DNA of 32,000 nt, from the NCBI RefSeq assembly GCF_000018105.1, contig NC_009925.1:4050001-4082000 (forward strand), given 5' to 3'. Source of the stretch: Acaryochloris marina MBIC11017 (GTDB taxonomy: Bacteria > Cyanobacteriota > Cyanobacteriia > Thermosynechococcales > Thermosynechococcaceae). The position numbers were made by a program, and so were the translations under genes. Shown one piece after another: positions 17,947-27,225 of this stretch (position 1 is its first letter; each line of letters starts with the position of its first letter). The notes under the pieces are model-generated. The model did no database searches, had not been told where the DNA came from, and worked only from the letters and a program-made list of their open reading frames with translations.

Positions 17947-18021
17947 CGAAACACGATTGGCTTGCTTTTTCGTCTTCACTTAAGCGATTCTCTGCTCTTA
18001 CCCACCCTAGGATTCAAACTG

Positions 18022-18858
18022 ATGCCTGACTCCTCACTACACCTACTTTCTGCTTTTACCACTGATCCAAAAGGGGGGAACCCTGCCGGGGTGTGGATTG
18101 GCGATACTCTGCCATCCCCAGAAACCATGCAGCGCATCGCGGCGGAAGTAGGCTTCTCTGAGACAGCATTTGTAGCGCCACAAACTGGGTTTGAGCGAAC
18201 AGTTCGTTATTACAGCCCGGAAGTCGAAGTGCCCTTTTGTGGACATGCCACAGTGGCGACTGGAGTGGTTCTAGGTGAATTGAGTGGTGAGGGAACGTAT
18301 AAATTAGCAACGACTGTGGGGGAAGTCCCTGTGGCTGTTAGTGTCCAAGAGGGGCAATGGCAAGCGGCTTTAACGTCCGTAGAACCCACCCATACCCTAG
18401 CCTCGGATGCATTAGTGTCTAATGTTTTGTCTGCATTAGATTGGCAGTTGGATGAGCTAGATCTATCTATCCCACCGGCTCGGGCTTATGCCGGGGCATG
18501 GCATTTGGTCTTGGCAGTCTCCAAGTCTGAGCGACTGGCTCATTTGGATTACGATTTTGACCAACTCAAAGCCTTAATGCAGCAGGATGGCCTGTTAACG
18601 TTACAGCTAATTTGGCGAGAAAGTCCTAGCGTTTTTCATTCCCGTAATCCCTTTCCGGTGGGTGGTGTGGTGGAAGATCCGGCAACGGGAGCTGCAGCCG
18701 CCGCTTTAGGAGGATATCTACGAGATGCCCAGTTAAATTCTGTCCCCCATCAGATTATGATTCGCCAAGGAGAAGCGATGGGTCGATCCAGTCGGCTGAT
18801 GGTAGATATTCCCGTGAGTGGTGGGATTGTTGTGAGCGGAATGGCAGTACGCCTTTAA
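18022..18858 (+). CDS. PhzF-family isomerase-like protein
   Basis: AFTTDPKGGNPAGVW, FSETAFV and RYYSPEVEVPFCGHATVATG are PhzF-family hallmarks. I prefer the ATG at 18022 (MPDSS...) over the upstream TTG at 17962 used by the ORF track. Confidence 0.8.
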   Translation: MPDSSLHLLSAFTTDPKGGNPAGVWIGDTLPSPETMQRIAAEVGFSETAFVAPQTGFERTVRYYSPEVEVPFCGHATVATGVVLGELSGEGTYKLATTVGEVPVAVSVQEGQWQAALTSVEPTHTLASDALVSNVLSALDWQLDELDLSIPPARAYAGAWHLVLAVSKSERLAHLDYDFDQLKALMQQDGLLTLQLIWRESPSVFHSRNPFPVGGVVEDPATGAAAAALGGYLRDAQLNSVPHQIMIRQGEAMGRSSRLMVDIPVSGGIVVSGMAVRL

Positions 18859-18893
18859 GTTAGCCCCGTTTGAAGAGAAGGCGTAGCGGTTCC

Positions 18894-18955
18894 AAAGGTT
18901 GCACAGCAACACGGTGACTCAGTCGAACATCATTGATTTGTAAAGGTTGCACAGC
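18894..18955. repeat. 14-bp direct repeat (aaaggttgcacagc) in a convergent intergenic region
   Basis: Copies at 18894-18907 and 18942-18955, read directly. Confidence 0.6.
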
Positions 18956-19094
18956 CTGAAATATCTGCTGTTACCATCCCTGATGTTGGAGGCTATGGGG
19001 TTGATGACGATACCCACCTTTTTGAATCGGCTGTTGTTACTCACCAGGCTTGAGCGCCTAATCAGCAAACTGGCGAAATTGTGTTGAAAGTTCA

Positions 19095-20339
19095 TTAGCG
19101 ATAGAGCACTGGAGGTACGGTTTGGGTTACCTGCTGTAGAACCTCAATATATTGTCCGCAAACCCTTGACCAAGTATATTGTTCAGTCACCCAGGCATAA
19201 GCACTGTTCGAGAGACTGGGCAGCTTACTGACTAGAACGTCATCAATGGTCTGGGCAAACTGGTGGGCATTGAGGGGCGCTACCTTAAATCCATTGCAAC
19301 CGTTTTGCACCACATCTTGTAGTCCTTCTAGATCAGAGGCAACGATGGGGGTTCTGGCTTCATTAGCCTCTAATATAACGACTCCAAACCCTTCCATATC
19401 CCCTGCAACTGGGATATTGGGCATGACGAACAAATCGGCTGCATCATAGGCATGCTGCAATATCTCCGCTGACGTTTGCCCTGCGATGATGATCTGTTCA
19501 GGGTAGGGAGACTGGGCGCGGAGGTGTTGTAATCGCTGAGTTTCTGGCCCTTGACCAATCATTAAGTAAACAATGGGCTGTTGAATTTTGGGTAATACAT
19601 GCTGCAAAAACCAGGCATGTCCCTTGCGTTTGACTTGCCGCCCCACACTGAGCAATAACTTTTTGCCCTCTAAGTGGATCTGAAAAACGGATTCCAGTAC
19701 TTCCCGAGACCCTGGTTGGTGGTAGGCACGAGGTTGGATATTCAGGGCATTTGGCAAAACGTAGCTTTTGGTGGGATGTAAGCCTCGCTCTAGGCTGGCG
19801 ACCTGAGTGGCTGCAGACACCGAAATCACCCCTTGCAAATGATGAAAGACCTTAGGTACCCATTGCTGATAAAGACGAACGGGTAAAGTCACGTCTTGGC
19901 CATGGTTAATGGTCACCATCGGTACAGCTACCCTGGATCTCATCAAGGGGGCCAGGGCTGCTGTCACCATCGAAGAGAACAAGACCACATCCGCATGCTG
20001 CTCCTGAATAATGCGGGGCAAGGTCCCCAATAGCTTGATCAAAAAGCCCAAGGTTCTCAGTTCTGTCCCCTGCCAAGGCGACTCCACTACCAAGGGAAAT
20101 ACGGAGATATCCGTTCGCCTTTGCAGATGCTCTAACAACTGCAAACTGACGGTCTGCATTCCCCCAATATTTTCCAAGTTGGCATGGGCGGGTGGATGGA
20201 GATGAGAGATATAGATAATGTTGAGGGATGTGTTTGCTGATCCAGGAATAGGAGCAGTCAGTGCAGGTCCCAAGGACGGTCTTTGGGGTTTAATCACACA
20301 CATCGAACAGCGGACAGCGTATTCAGCAATACCATCCAC
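19095..20339 (-). CDS. glycosyltransferase, GT4 (group 1) family
   Basis: N-terminal IIYISHL...GGMQ and a C-terminal GT-B block (LLLSVGRQVKRKGH, FVMPNIPVAGDMEGFGVVILEANEARTPIVASDLEGLQDVVQNGCNGF) containing the EX7E motif. The start is uncertain (GTG at 20339 or a downstream ATG). Confidence 0.8.
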   Translation of the reverse strand: MDGIAEYAVRCSMCVIKPQRPSLGPALTAPIPGSANTSLNIIYISHLHPPAHANLENIGGMQTVSLQLLEHLQRRTDISVFPLVVESPWQGTELRTLGFLIKLLGTLPRIIQEQHADVVLFSSMVTAALAPLMRSRVAVPMVTINHGQDVTLPVRLYQQWVPKVFHHLQGVISVSAATQVASLERGLHPTKSYVLPNALNIQPRAYHQPGSREVLESVFQIHLEGKKLLLSVGRQVKRKGHAWFLQHVLPKIQQPIVYLMIGQGPETQRLQHLRAQSPYPEQIIIAGQTSAEILQHAYDAADLFVMPNIPVAGDMEGFGVVILEANEARTPIVASDLEGLQDVVQNGCNGFKVAPLNAHQFAQTIDDVLVSKLPSLSNSAYAWVTEQYTWSRVCGQYIEVLQQVTQTVPPVLYR

Positions 20340-20544
20340 GGATAATACTATGGATTGTCATGACTGATGTGGTAACCATTTTGGCCGTAAAAATTTCAGT
20401 TTTCTTGAAAATCTTGTGGAGACAGCGATTGTGTGAATATTACACAGACCAAGCTAAGCAGAGCTTAACCTCAACCCATCGCAAACCTTAATCTTGATTC
20501 GGTATTGGTTTTAAGTAGTCCTCATTGCTCAAAGCCCTACCAGC

Positions 20545-21837
20545 ATGAAAATTGCGATTATTGCGTCTGGTTTCCTACCCGTTGTCGACGGGGTTACGGT
20601 CAGTGGTTTTCATCGCTTACAGAAGCTGAGTGATTGGGGGCATCAGGTGAAGCTGTTTTGCCCTGATTACAGTGCATTAGCCAGTGTGTATCCGAACTGG
20701 CAAGACTATATTGGCCCCATTCTGCCAAATGTAGAAGTTATTCCTCTCCCTAGCAGTGCGTTTATGGGCCTCGACTTCGAGCGTAACGTTAACTGGCAAG
20801 CCCGCCATCATCTGCAGACAGCCTTAGAAGACTTCCAGCCTGATATTGTCCATGTGGATGAGCCGGAACGCTTATCGGTGGGGTTGTGGCAAATCCCCGG
20901 TATTAAATATGCTCAGCGAGCCAATATCCCCTGCGTTGGTTTTTTTCGCACCAATTTTATTGAGTATGCCGAGGACTATTTCAACTGGCCCCCACGAGCC
21001 CTGTCTGCCCTCAAGTACTGCTTTACGCTGTTATTACGCCGCGTTTACAACGCCTATGACACCACTTTGGTCACCAGTCCCATTACCCATCAAAAAATTA
21101 CCGACTTAGGTATTACCAATACGCGCTATGCCAGTTTGGTGGGGTTTGACGCGGACCACTTCAGCCCAGAGCTCAAGTGCCCCGGCTACTTTGCCCAAAC
21201 CTATGGGCTGCCCCAGGTGGATCGCCAGGTCAAGCTTGTATTTGTTGGCCGCCTGACTCCCGATAAGGGATGGGGGTTTACGTTCAAAGCTTTACAAGAC
21301 TTTTTTAACCGTGTTAAGCCTGATCGGGTTGCCCTCTTAGTGGCGGGAGATGGCCCCATGCACTCAGAAATTGAAGATGCTCTTCAGCCACTGACTAACC
21401 AGGTGCATATGTTAGGTCGGGTCGCCCCGCATCAAGTCCCTGCCCTTTTAGCGAATAGCGATATTCATGTTACGACTTCGGAAAAAGAAGCGAGAGGACT
21501 AACCGTTTTAGAGGCCTTTGCTTCAGGCATTCCTGTCCTAGCACCGAGAGCTGGTGGCGTTGTGGAAAACATTGTGGATGGCTGGAATGGGTTCTTGTAT
21601 ACCCCACAATCCGTTGCTGATTTTGCTGATAAACTTCAACAGTTGGTCACCGACTCTAATCTTCGGCGGCATATGGGCGAACGGGCGCAATCCAGTCTTG
21701 ACCAATATAGTTGGGACAATACGGTTCATACCCTAGTCACCCTTTGGCAAGAGCTGATTCGGAAGCGACAGCCTGTTCCTCAGGCCACCTTGCCCCTCAA
21801 ACCGTTGGTTAACTCCACTGCAGATGCCCAATCCTAG
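20545..21837 (+). CDS. glycosyltransferase, GT4 (group 1) family
   Basis: MKIAIIASGFLPVVDGVTV (SqdX/GT4-like start), FVGRLTPDKG, and HVTTSEKEARGLTVLEAFASGIPVLAPRAGGVVENIVDGWNGF (EX7E). Confidence 0.85.
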   Translation: MKIAIIASGFLPVVDGVTVSGFHRLQKLSDWGHQVKLFCPDYSALASVYPNWQDYIGPILPNVEVIPLPSSAFMGLDFERNVNWQARHHLQTALEDFQPDIVHVDEPERLSVGLWQIPGIKYAQRANIPCVGFFRTNFIEYAEDYFNWPPRALSALKYCFTLLLRRVYNAYDTTLVTSPITHQKITDLGITNTRYASLVGFDADHFSPELKCPGYFAQTYGLPQVDRQVKLVFVGRLTPDKGWGFTFKALQDFFNRVKPDRVALLVAGDGPMHSEIEDALQPLTNQVHMLGRVAPHQVPALLANSDIHVTTSEKEARGLTVLEAFASGIPVLAPRAGGVVENIVDGWNGFLYTPQSVADFADKLQQLVTDSNLRRHMGERAQSSLDQYSWDNTVHTLVTLWQELIRKRQPVPQATLPLKPLVNSTADAQS

Positions 21838-21933
21838 TGGGTTGATTCTGCCTGGCAGCTTTTGCACCCTCCTAAGACCAATCAACGTTACTCTCAAAAG
21901 AGAGTTTGCCGTCTAAAGAGGAGTCCAGTTTAC

Positions 21934-22428
21934 ATGCCCCTGAATCGTATTGAGCCAGGTCCAGGTCAAGAATCGGTATGGGATTATCCTCGTCCTCCTC
22001 GGTTGGAAGATTCCTCAAAACATATCCAGATCACTTTCAATGGTGTTACCTTAGCCGATACTCACCAAGCCAAGCGAGTCTTAGAAACCAGTCATCCGCC
22101 GGTCTACTATATTCCGCCTACAGATATTCAAATGGACTATTTGCAGCTCACGCGACGATCTACCTTTTGTGAGTGGAAAGGCTCAGCAGGATATTACACG
22201 GTAACGGTGTGCGATCGCACCGAAAAGAACGTCGCCTGGTTTTACGCCAATCCCACCCCTCGATTTGCGGATCTCAAAGATTATGTTGCCTTCTATCCCA
22301 GCCGTATGGACGTTTGCACCCTCGATGGAGAAGTGGTGCAGGCCCAAGCTGGTGATTTTTACGGTGGTTGGATTACTCCTGATATTGTGGGTCCCTTCAA
22401 AGGCGGTGCCGGAACTTGGGGATGGTAA
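21934..22428 (+). CDS. DUF427 domain protein
   Basis: ESVWDYPRPP, RVLETSHPPVYYIP, FCEWKGSAGYY and VAFYP match the DUF427 pattern. The ATG at 21934 is preceded by aagaggag (21916-21923), so it is preferred over the CTG/TTG-type start at 21862. Confidence 0.8.
   Translation: MPLNRIEPGPGQESVWDYPRPPRLEDSSKHIQITFNGVTLADTHQAKRVLETSHPPVYYIPPTDIQMDYLQLTRRSTFCEWKGSAGYYTVTVCDRTEKNVAWFYANPTPRFADLKDYVAFYPSRMDVCTLDGEVVQAQAGDFYGGWITPDIVGPFKGGAGTWGW
22211..22218. repeat. HIP1 palindrome GCGATCGC
   Basis: Exact octamer read directly. Confidence 0.95.
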
Positions 22429-22433
22429 ATACC

Positions 22434-22458
22434 CTCAGGTTTCTGCAAACAACCTGAG
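22434..22458. terminator. short hairpin between convergent genes (possible bidirectional terminator)
   Basis: CTCAGGTT (22434-22441), a 9-nt loop, then AACCTGAG (22451-22458). It lies between the DUF427 stop (22428) and the stop of the minus-strand gene (22478). Confidence 0.3.
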
Positions 22459-22477
22459 CAATGCTCTCAAAGTCTAC

Positions 22478-23041
22478 TTACTGCACTGCAACCTCATAGA
22501 CTGCTTGCACAGAAGCCATTGGCTTTAAAGACTCACTATAATCCCATTGTACGTGGGTATAAGCGTCAGCTGGTGCAGGCTCCAGCTTGACCGTTCCATC
22601 CGGCTGGGTGACCTCCAGCATGGGTTGTGTAGAATAGGTCTGCCCTCCATCAATACTGTAGGTAAGGGTGGCACCGTTGGCCCGAGCAGAATCCAAAACG
22701 TAAGCTGTTTGGTTCGGAATAGGTTGGTTAATTTTTAGCTCCGAAGCTGGCTTATCTCCAGCATTCTCGCTCAGCAAGGTGTAGCGCAAGACATCACCGG
22801 GACGGACCGTGACATTGCCTTCAACCGCTTCCCAGGAAATCTCTGGCTCACCGTTAGCATTAGTGGTAGTGACTTTTTTCTCTGCAGATAGCACCAGCTT
22901 CACTTCTGGTTGCAAGATTTTGTTCACCAGCTCAGTGCCGGCCTTTTGCAAATTAGCAAAGACCGGAGTACCACTGACAAAAGGAACCGCTGCAGCAACC
23001 GCTAAAATACCCAGACCAATGGATAAGCGACGTTTCATCAT
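22478..23041 (-). CDS. secreted DUF11-type (conserved repeat domain) protein
   Basis: Signal peptide MMKRRLSIGLGILAVAAAVPFVSGTPVFA. The DUF11-like core is VRPGDVLRYTLLSENAGDKPASELKINQPIPNQTAYVLDS. Confidence 0.7.
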   Translation of the reverse strand: MMKRRLSIGLGILAVAAAVPFVSGTPVFANLQKAGTELVNKILQPEVKLVLSAEKKVTTTNANGEPEISWEAVEGNVTVRPGDVLRYTLLSENAGDKPASELKINQPIPNQTAYVLDSARANGATLTYSIDGGQTYSTQPMLEVTQPDGTVKLEPAPADAYTHVQWDYSESLKPMASVQAVYEVAVQ

Positions 23042-23137
23042 GAGAAGACCTTTGAAATTTAACAGCGGGAGGATCGATAATGATTCGACCTTCGGCTAAA
23101 CAGATAACCTGTTGACAGGGTGCCCACCCAACCCTCA

Positions 23138-25681
23138 TTACTTAATACGACGACGGAAAAGGAATTGCCCTCGCTGGCCTGGATCGACTTGTCCGACCTC
23201 ATTTTCGTATTTCTGGACTTTGGTATCATCGACCGGATCCGATGTGGTCAAAGGATTGGGATCGTCACTATTCGTGAAGTATCTCACCACCCCTTGATCC
23301 GCACTCGTATTTTGCTGATGGTTCGAGAAACTCGCCCAGTTATTCGTTGTACCACCTACAGTGGCCGTCCCATCTTCCACCAAGGTTAAGTCAGGAATCG
23401 TCAGACCGATATTGCCATTCCCCACCACCGGAGTCGAGATATTCTCGTAAGTAATTCGGTACTCAAGCTGATAATCTAGCTGGATATTAACACCATCCAA
23501 AATAGTTTGGTCAGAGGTCCAGGCTTGAATAACCTCCCCATTGGCATCCAAGACTTGGACTTCTTTGATGACTTGTAGAAAGCCGGTATACAGGCGGTCA
23601 ATCGTCACGTTATTGGTGGTTTCCCCTGTGAAACCTGGATTATTGATCGGATCGTCATCCGGAAACGCCACGATTGGAATAGGAATCTCGTCATTGACTC
23701 CTACACCATCGGGTAGATCCACCGTCACGGAATAGTTAATTGTTCGCCCTGCAGGTAAATCACCCGCATTGACATGCCTGGGTGTACCATCAGCAATGCC
23801 TCCAGTTGTACTAGAGAGCAACTCAAAAGTATTGGTGGTACTATTCCATTGATAGGTCGCGGTTCGCTCATCGCCATTCCCCGGATTGCCATCTGGATCG
23901 TAGGCAATGGTTACGACCGTACCATTAGGAATATCGGCATCTGTACCATATTGCCCCGTCAATGTACTGTCATCAGCTCCCTCCGCCTGAGTGGGCGAAA
24001 TCGGCTGAATCGTAACATCAGCAATAAACCCGGTACTAGCCGGATTTTGAACGGAATTGTTAAAGGTAGATGGAGCTGGATCGAACGTGTCCGTAGGACC
24101 TAAATTGGGAGGAATATCAGTGGATTGGTTTGTAAAATCATCATCGTCATCTGATGGCCCCCCTGCCCCAGGCACCCCATCAGGACCGTTGAGAATATCG
24201 TCGCTAGCCGCCACTTCTCCTAAGCGGATCACATTGACTTCACCATTCGGGCCTGTCCCAGTATTTCCATTGCCTGCGTCAGTGCCCTGCGTTACTGGAT
24301 TAGCGACTCCAGTATCAGTTGTAGGGTTGTAGTTACTGCCAGTTGGGCTAGGAGGCGTTTGATTATCGTTGAAATTATTGGGATGAGAATCCCCCGATTC
24401 ATCATAAATAACTTGGTTAGATGAATCGCCAACTGTTTCTCCAAACACCTGCGCTAGATTATTCACCTGTCCACCTAGGGGTGGCAATCCAGATGTAACT
24501 ACGGTGAAGCGAAATGGCGTTACGGTTGTCCCTCTACCCAGAACAGGTCCACCCACAAAAATAAAACCAAGCCGTGTCACTGAGGTCAGAGGAGGTGGCG
24601 TTGTGACCCAAGCTGCAGCTGTTGCTGGTGTACTGGTTGGTGTAGTGGTATAAACAGCTTGCCAATTTGCTGGAATGGTATCAATTGAAGAAAGCTTTGT
24701 CCCTACCGGAATAGCATCAGAGACTAAAATTCTGGGAGTCGATATACCGTTCAAATTAATCGGCGTTCCCTCTAAATTAGCAGGAACAAAAGCGGCATTC
24801 GGTGAGGTATTCTCAACGGTTAGGGCTAAATCATAGGTGATTAAATCATCGTTAGCTGTCGGCGTAGGTCCTGGGTTGAGATTAGACGCGGTCTTAGCTA
24901 TCGTTGCCAATGCAATCGGTCTAAGTGAGCTTCCAAAAGGAATACTATTAGTCGCACTGGCTTCCCGCTCACCATTTTCTGGGGCACCATTGCTTGGATT
25001 AGCATCAACGGTACGAAGGTCATCTGCTCTAGCACCATCTGAGTTATCGGGTTGGTTTTGAGTACTTGCACTATTGTTATTGGGGCCTGTGTTCCCTAGT
25101 GTGACGCCTACATCAGCACCAGCTGGTATATTCGGAGCTGGGGTCCCAGTTACACGAACCTTTAATACCTGATCAGGATCTAGATCTGCTAAACCGGGTA
25201 TCGACAAGGCACTCAAGTTAGAACCACTTGCAGGTACAGTTGCCAGTACTGTCCCAGATGCATTCACAATCTGCACTGTACTGGGAACAAAATTCTCAGC
25301 ATTTAGGTTGTTCGTACCAGGGATAAATAAATTAGTAGGGGCATTACCAATATTGGTGACATCAAAGGTAAAGGTTAAAGTATCCCCAGCATCAACAGAG
25401 CCACCATCTAAATCAGCAAATCCGGATGGCACTGCCGATAAGCCTGCTACTTCAGCAACGGTAACTGTAATTGTATTTGACGTTGCATCAATGGTTGTTG
25501 AGGAAGCAGGATCCTCCTTGTAGGTGCCTGTTGCTGTATTGGTAATCTGCTCCCCTGCAGCAGTTCCTAAAGCTAAGGCAGGGAAAAGAGGCTGAAGAAG
25601 GCTACTAGCCAAAATGGCGGCAATGGCGAGAGGGCTAATTTTACGTGGAGAAGTATAAGACTGAGGTCTATCGTCATTCAT
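23138..25681 (-). CDS. large secreted DUF11-type repeat protein
   Basis: Preferred ATG at 25681 (MNDDRPQSYTSPRKISPLAIAAILASSLLQPLFPALALG, signal-peptide-like); the ORF track extends to 25756. DUF11-like units are present (ITNTATGTY...TSNTITVTV, VDAGDTLTFTFDVTNIGNAPT). Long Thr/Pro/Asn/Gly-rich stretches and an acidic DDDDD run follow. The C-terminal end is basic (FLFRRRIK). Confidence 0.75.
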   Translation of the reverse strand: MNDDRPQSYTSPRKISPLAIAAILASSLLQPLFPALALGTAAGEQITNTATGTYKEDPASSTTIDATSNTITVTVAEVAGLSAVPSGFADLDGGSVDAGDTLTFTFDVTNIGNAPTNLFIPGTNNLNAENFVPSTVQIVNASGTVLATVPASGSNLSALSIPGLADLDPDQVLKVRVTGTPAPNIPAGADVGVTLGNTGPNNNSASTQNQPDNSDGARADDLRTVDANPSNGAPENGEREASATNSIPFGSSLRPIALATIAKTASNLNPGPTPTANDDLITYDLALTVENTSPNAAFVPANLEGTPINLNGISTPRILVSDAIPVGTKLSSIDTIPANWQAVYTTTPTSTPATAAAWVTTPPPLTSVTRLGFIFVGGPVLGRGTTVTPFRFTVVTSGLPPLGGQVNNLAQVFGETVGDSSNQVIYDESGDSHPNNFNDNQTPPSPTGSNYNPTTDTGVANPVTQGTDAGNGNTGTGPNGEVNVIRLGEVAASDDILNGPDGVPGAGGPSDDDDDFTNQSTDIPPNLGPTDTFDPAPSTFNNSVQNPASTGFIADVTIQPISPTQAEGADDSTLTGQYGTDADIPNGTVVTIAYDPDGNPGNGDERTATYQWNSTTNTFELLSSTTGGIADGTPRHVNAGDLPAGRTINYSVTVDLPDGVGVNDEIPIPIVAFPDDDPINNPGFTGETTNNVTIDRLYTGFLQVIKEVQVLDANGEVIQAWTSDQTILDGVNIQLDYQLEYRITYENISTPVVGNGNIGLTIPDLTLVEDGTATVGGTTNNWASFSNHQQNTSADQGVVRYFTNSDDPNPLTTSDPVDDTKVQKYENEVGQVDPGQRGQFLFRRRIK

Positions 25682-26758
25682 GTCGTCTTGGAGTTCTTGG
25701 TAATGGGGAAAACAGAAAATCAGGATCTGCAGCAAGGAATCACCGTTAACTTGCAATCAGGTAATATTGATCACTTCAAGTACGAGCTGGACCCTTGCAC
25801 TTGAGTTTTAGAGTGCCGTTTTTCTCAATTTCATAACGAAATCAGAAAGTCAGGTTACTTTCCCTGGCCTATTAGACATTCAGGGCCAATATGGTCTTGC
25901 AACGTTAGTGCTAATGATGCATATGAGTTGTCAGATCTACACAGATCTAGGGTTCCCATTGAGAAAAATTAAAATGACATTTCAATACTGACACTTCATT
26001 TATTTAGATATAGTTAGCTTTTTCTAGCTGTTCAAGAAGATCATAATATTGTTGAATATTGAATATTTCTTGATATGATATCTCACTCAAAAAAATTAAA
26101 TTATTGTCTAATTGATATGAGTAATATGTGATTGCATTGTAATTCAAAATTATTTTTAATGAGGATCGATTTTTGAAATATCTATTCTATCTAATTATAT
26201 TGTTCAACGACTTCTGATAGAGATATGAGTTTGGATTCTCCTCTTGTAGATTCGACTCAGAAGATTATTCAGACTTGACCAGGGAAACCAGCAGGTTTGC
26301 AACTTAATGCTGACTATATATGCTATGAAACAGATTCTCAAAGTCTTATGTAGACAGGAGTATAAACTTATAATAGAAAGTGTTTTAGTTGCAAGTTCTG
26401 CTATGAAAGTTGCAGGAAATCATAGGGCACTATGTTTAGAGTTAAAATAAGACAGGTTATTTGATTTATCCATCTTTATTTCTAGTTTATGTAGGTATTT
26501 TATTTAAAGATTTCCTTTTCTTGTAAAAATATTTTTTAGATTTTACTGCAATATTTGGTCTGTTTATAAAATGTTGATATTGTAAATGAATGACATGTTG
26601 AATCTGCCTTGTAAGGAAAAATGATCAATATATTGTATCGAAATATTGTTTAGATAGAGTTGGCGAATTGTGTAGTGTATAGCTAAGATAGCCATGCCTG
26701 CTACTCAATAAAGAAATTATAAATTTGTCTCGAGCTCAAGTGAAGTATTGAGGAGAAC

Positions 26759-27028
26759 TTATACTTCTGAACTTGTAAACTGAGCAAGGAGCTGTGCCCC
26801 TGTCATGCCATGAATTTTATTGGCTAAGCTGTAGAGTGCAGGTTTCTCATCAATAAAAACTTGATGATCAAACAGAAATTCTTTGCTGTTAGTAAACCAG
26901 CTCACAGGGACAAAGTATTGCTGTTTCTCCTTCAAACGATAAAGCAGGTGTATGCCACAGGTCTGATAAGATCCTCGTTCAGCCCAATCAGAAGGCTTTA
27001 AAAATAGAAATTTTCGCTGGGTTTTCAA
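26759..27028 (-). CDS. hypothetical protein (possibly N-terminally truncated)
   Basis: 89-aa ORF opening with TTG directly after an in-frame TGA. No family recognised. It sits at the edge of an AT-rich block. Confidence 0.3.
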   Translation of the reverse strand: MKTQRKFLFLKPSDWAERGSYQTCGIHLLYRLKEKQQYFVPVSWFTNSKEFLFDHQVFIDEKPALYSLANKIHGMTGAQLLAQFTSSEV

Positions 27029-27225
27029 ATGTCATTTCTGTACCACACTCTGTTGAAAAAAATTGTCCTCCAGACCATTGATGACAGGCTGAACAATGAC
27101 ATGCCCCTACCTGTCTTAGCAACTAAATGAATTGCTCCATAAAGACGACTGAGCTTCCCGCAAGTTTGACCTATGGACGCCCATGGAAATACTTGGACAT
27201 TATAGGGATGTTTATTCCCTGAACA

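Noticed and set aside
23112-25523. Multiple 60-109-aa plus-strand ORFs, plus one 60-aa minus-strand off-frame ORF (23725-23907), overlapping the large DUF11 gene
   Set aside because: They are antisense or off-frame products of a Thr/Gly/Pro-rich gene. The 872-aa minus-strand frame explains the region.
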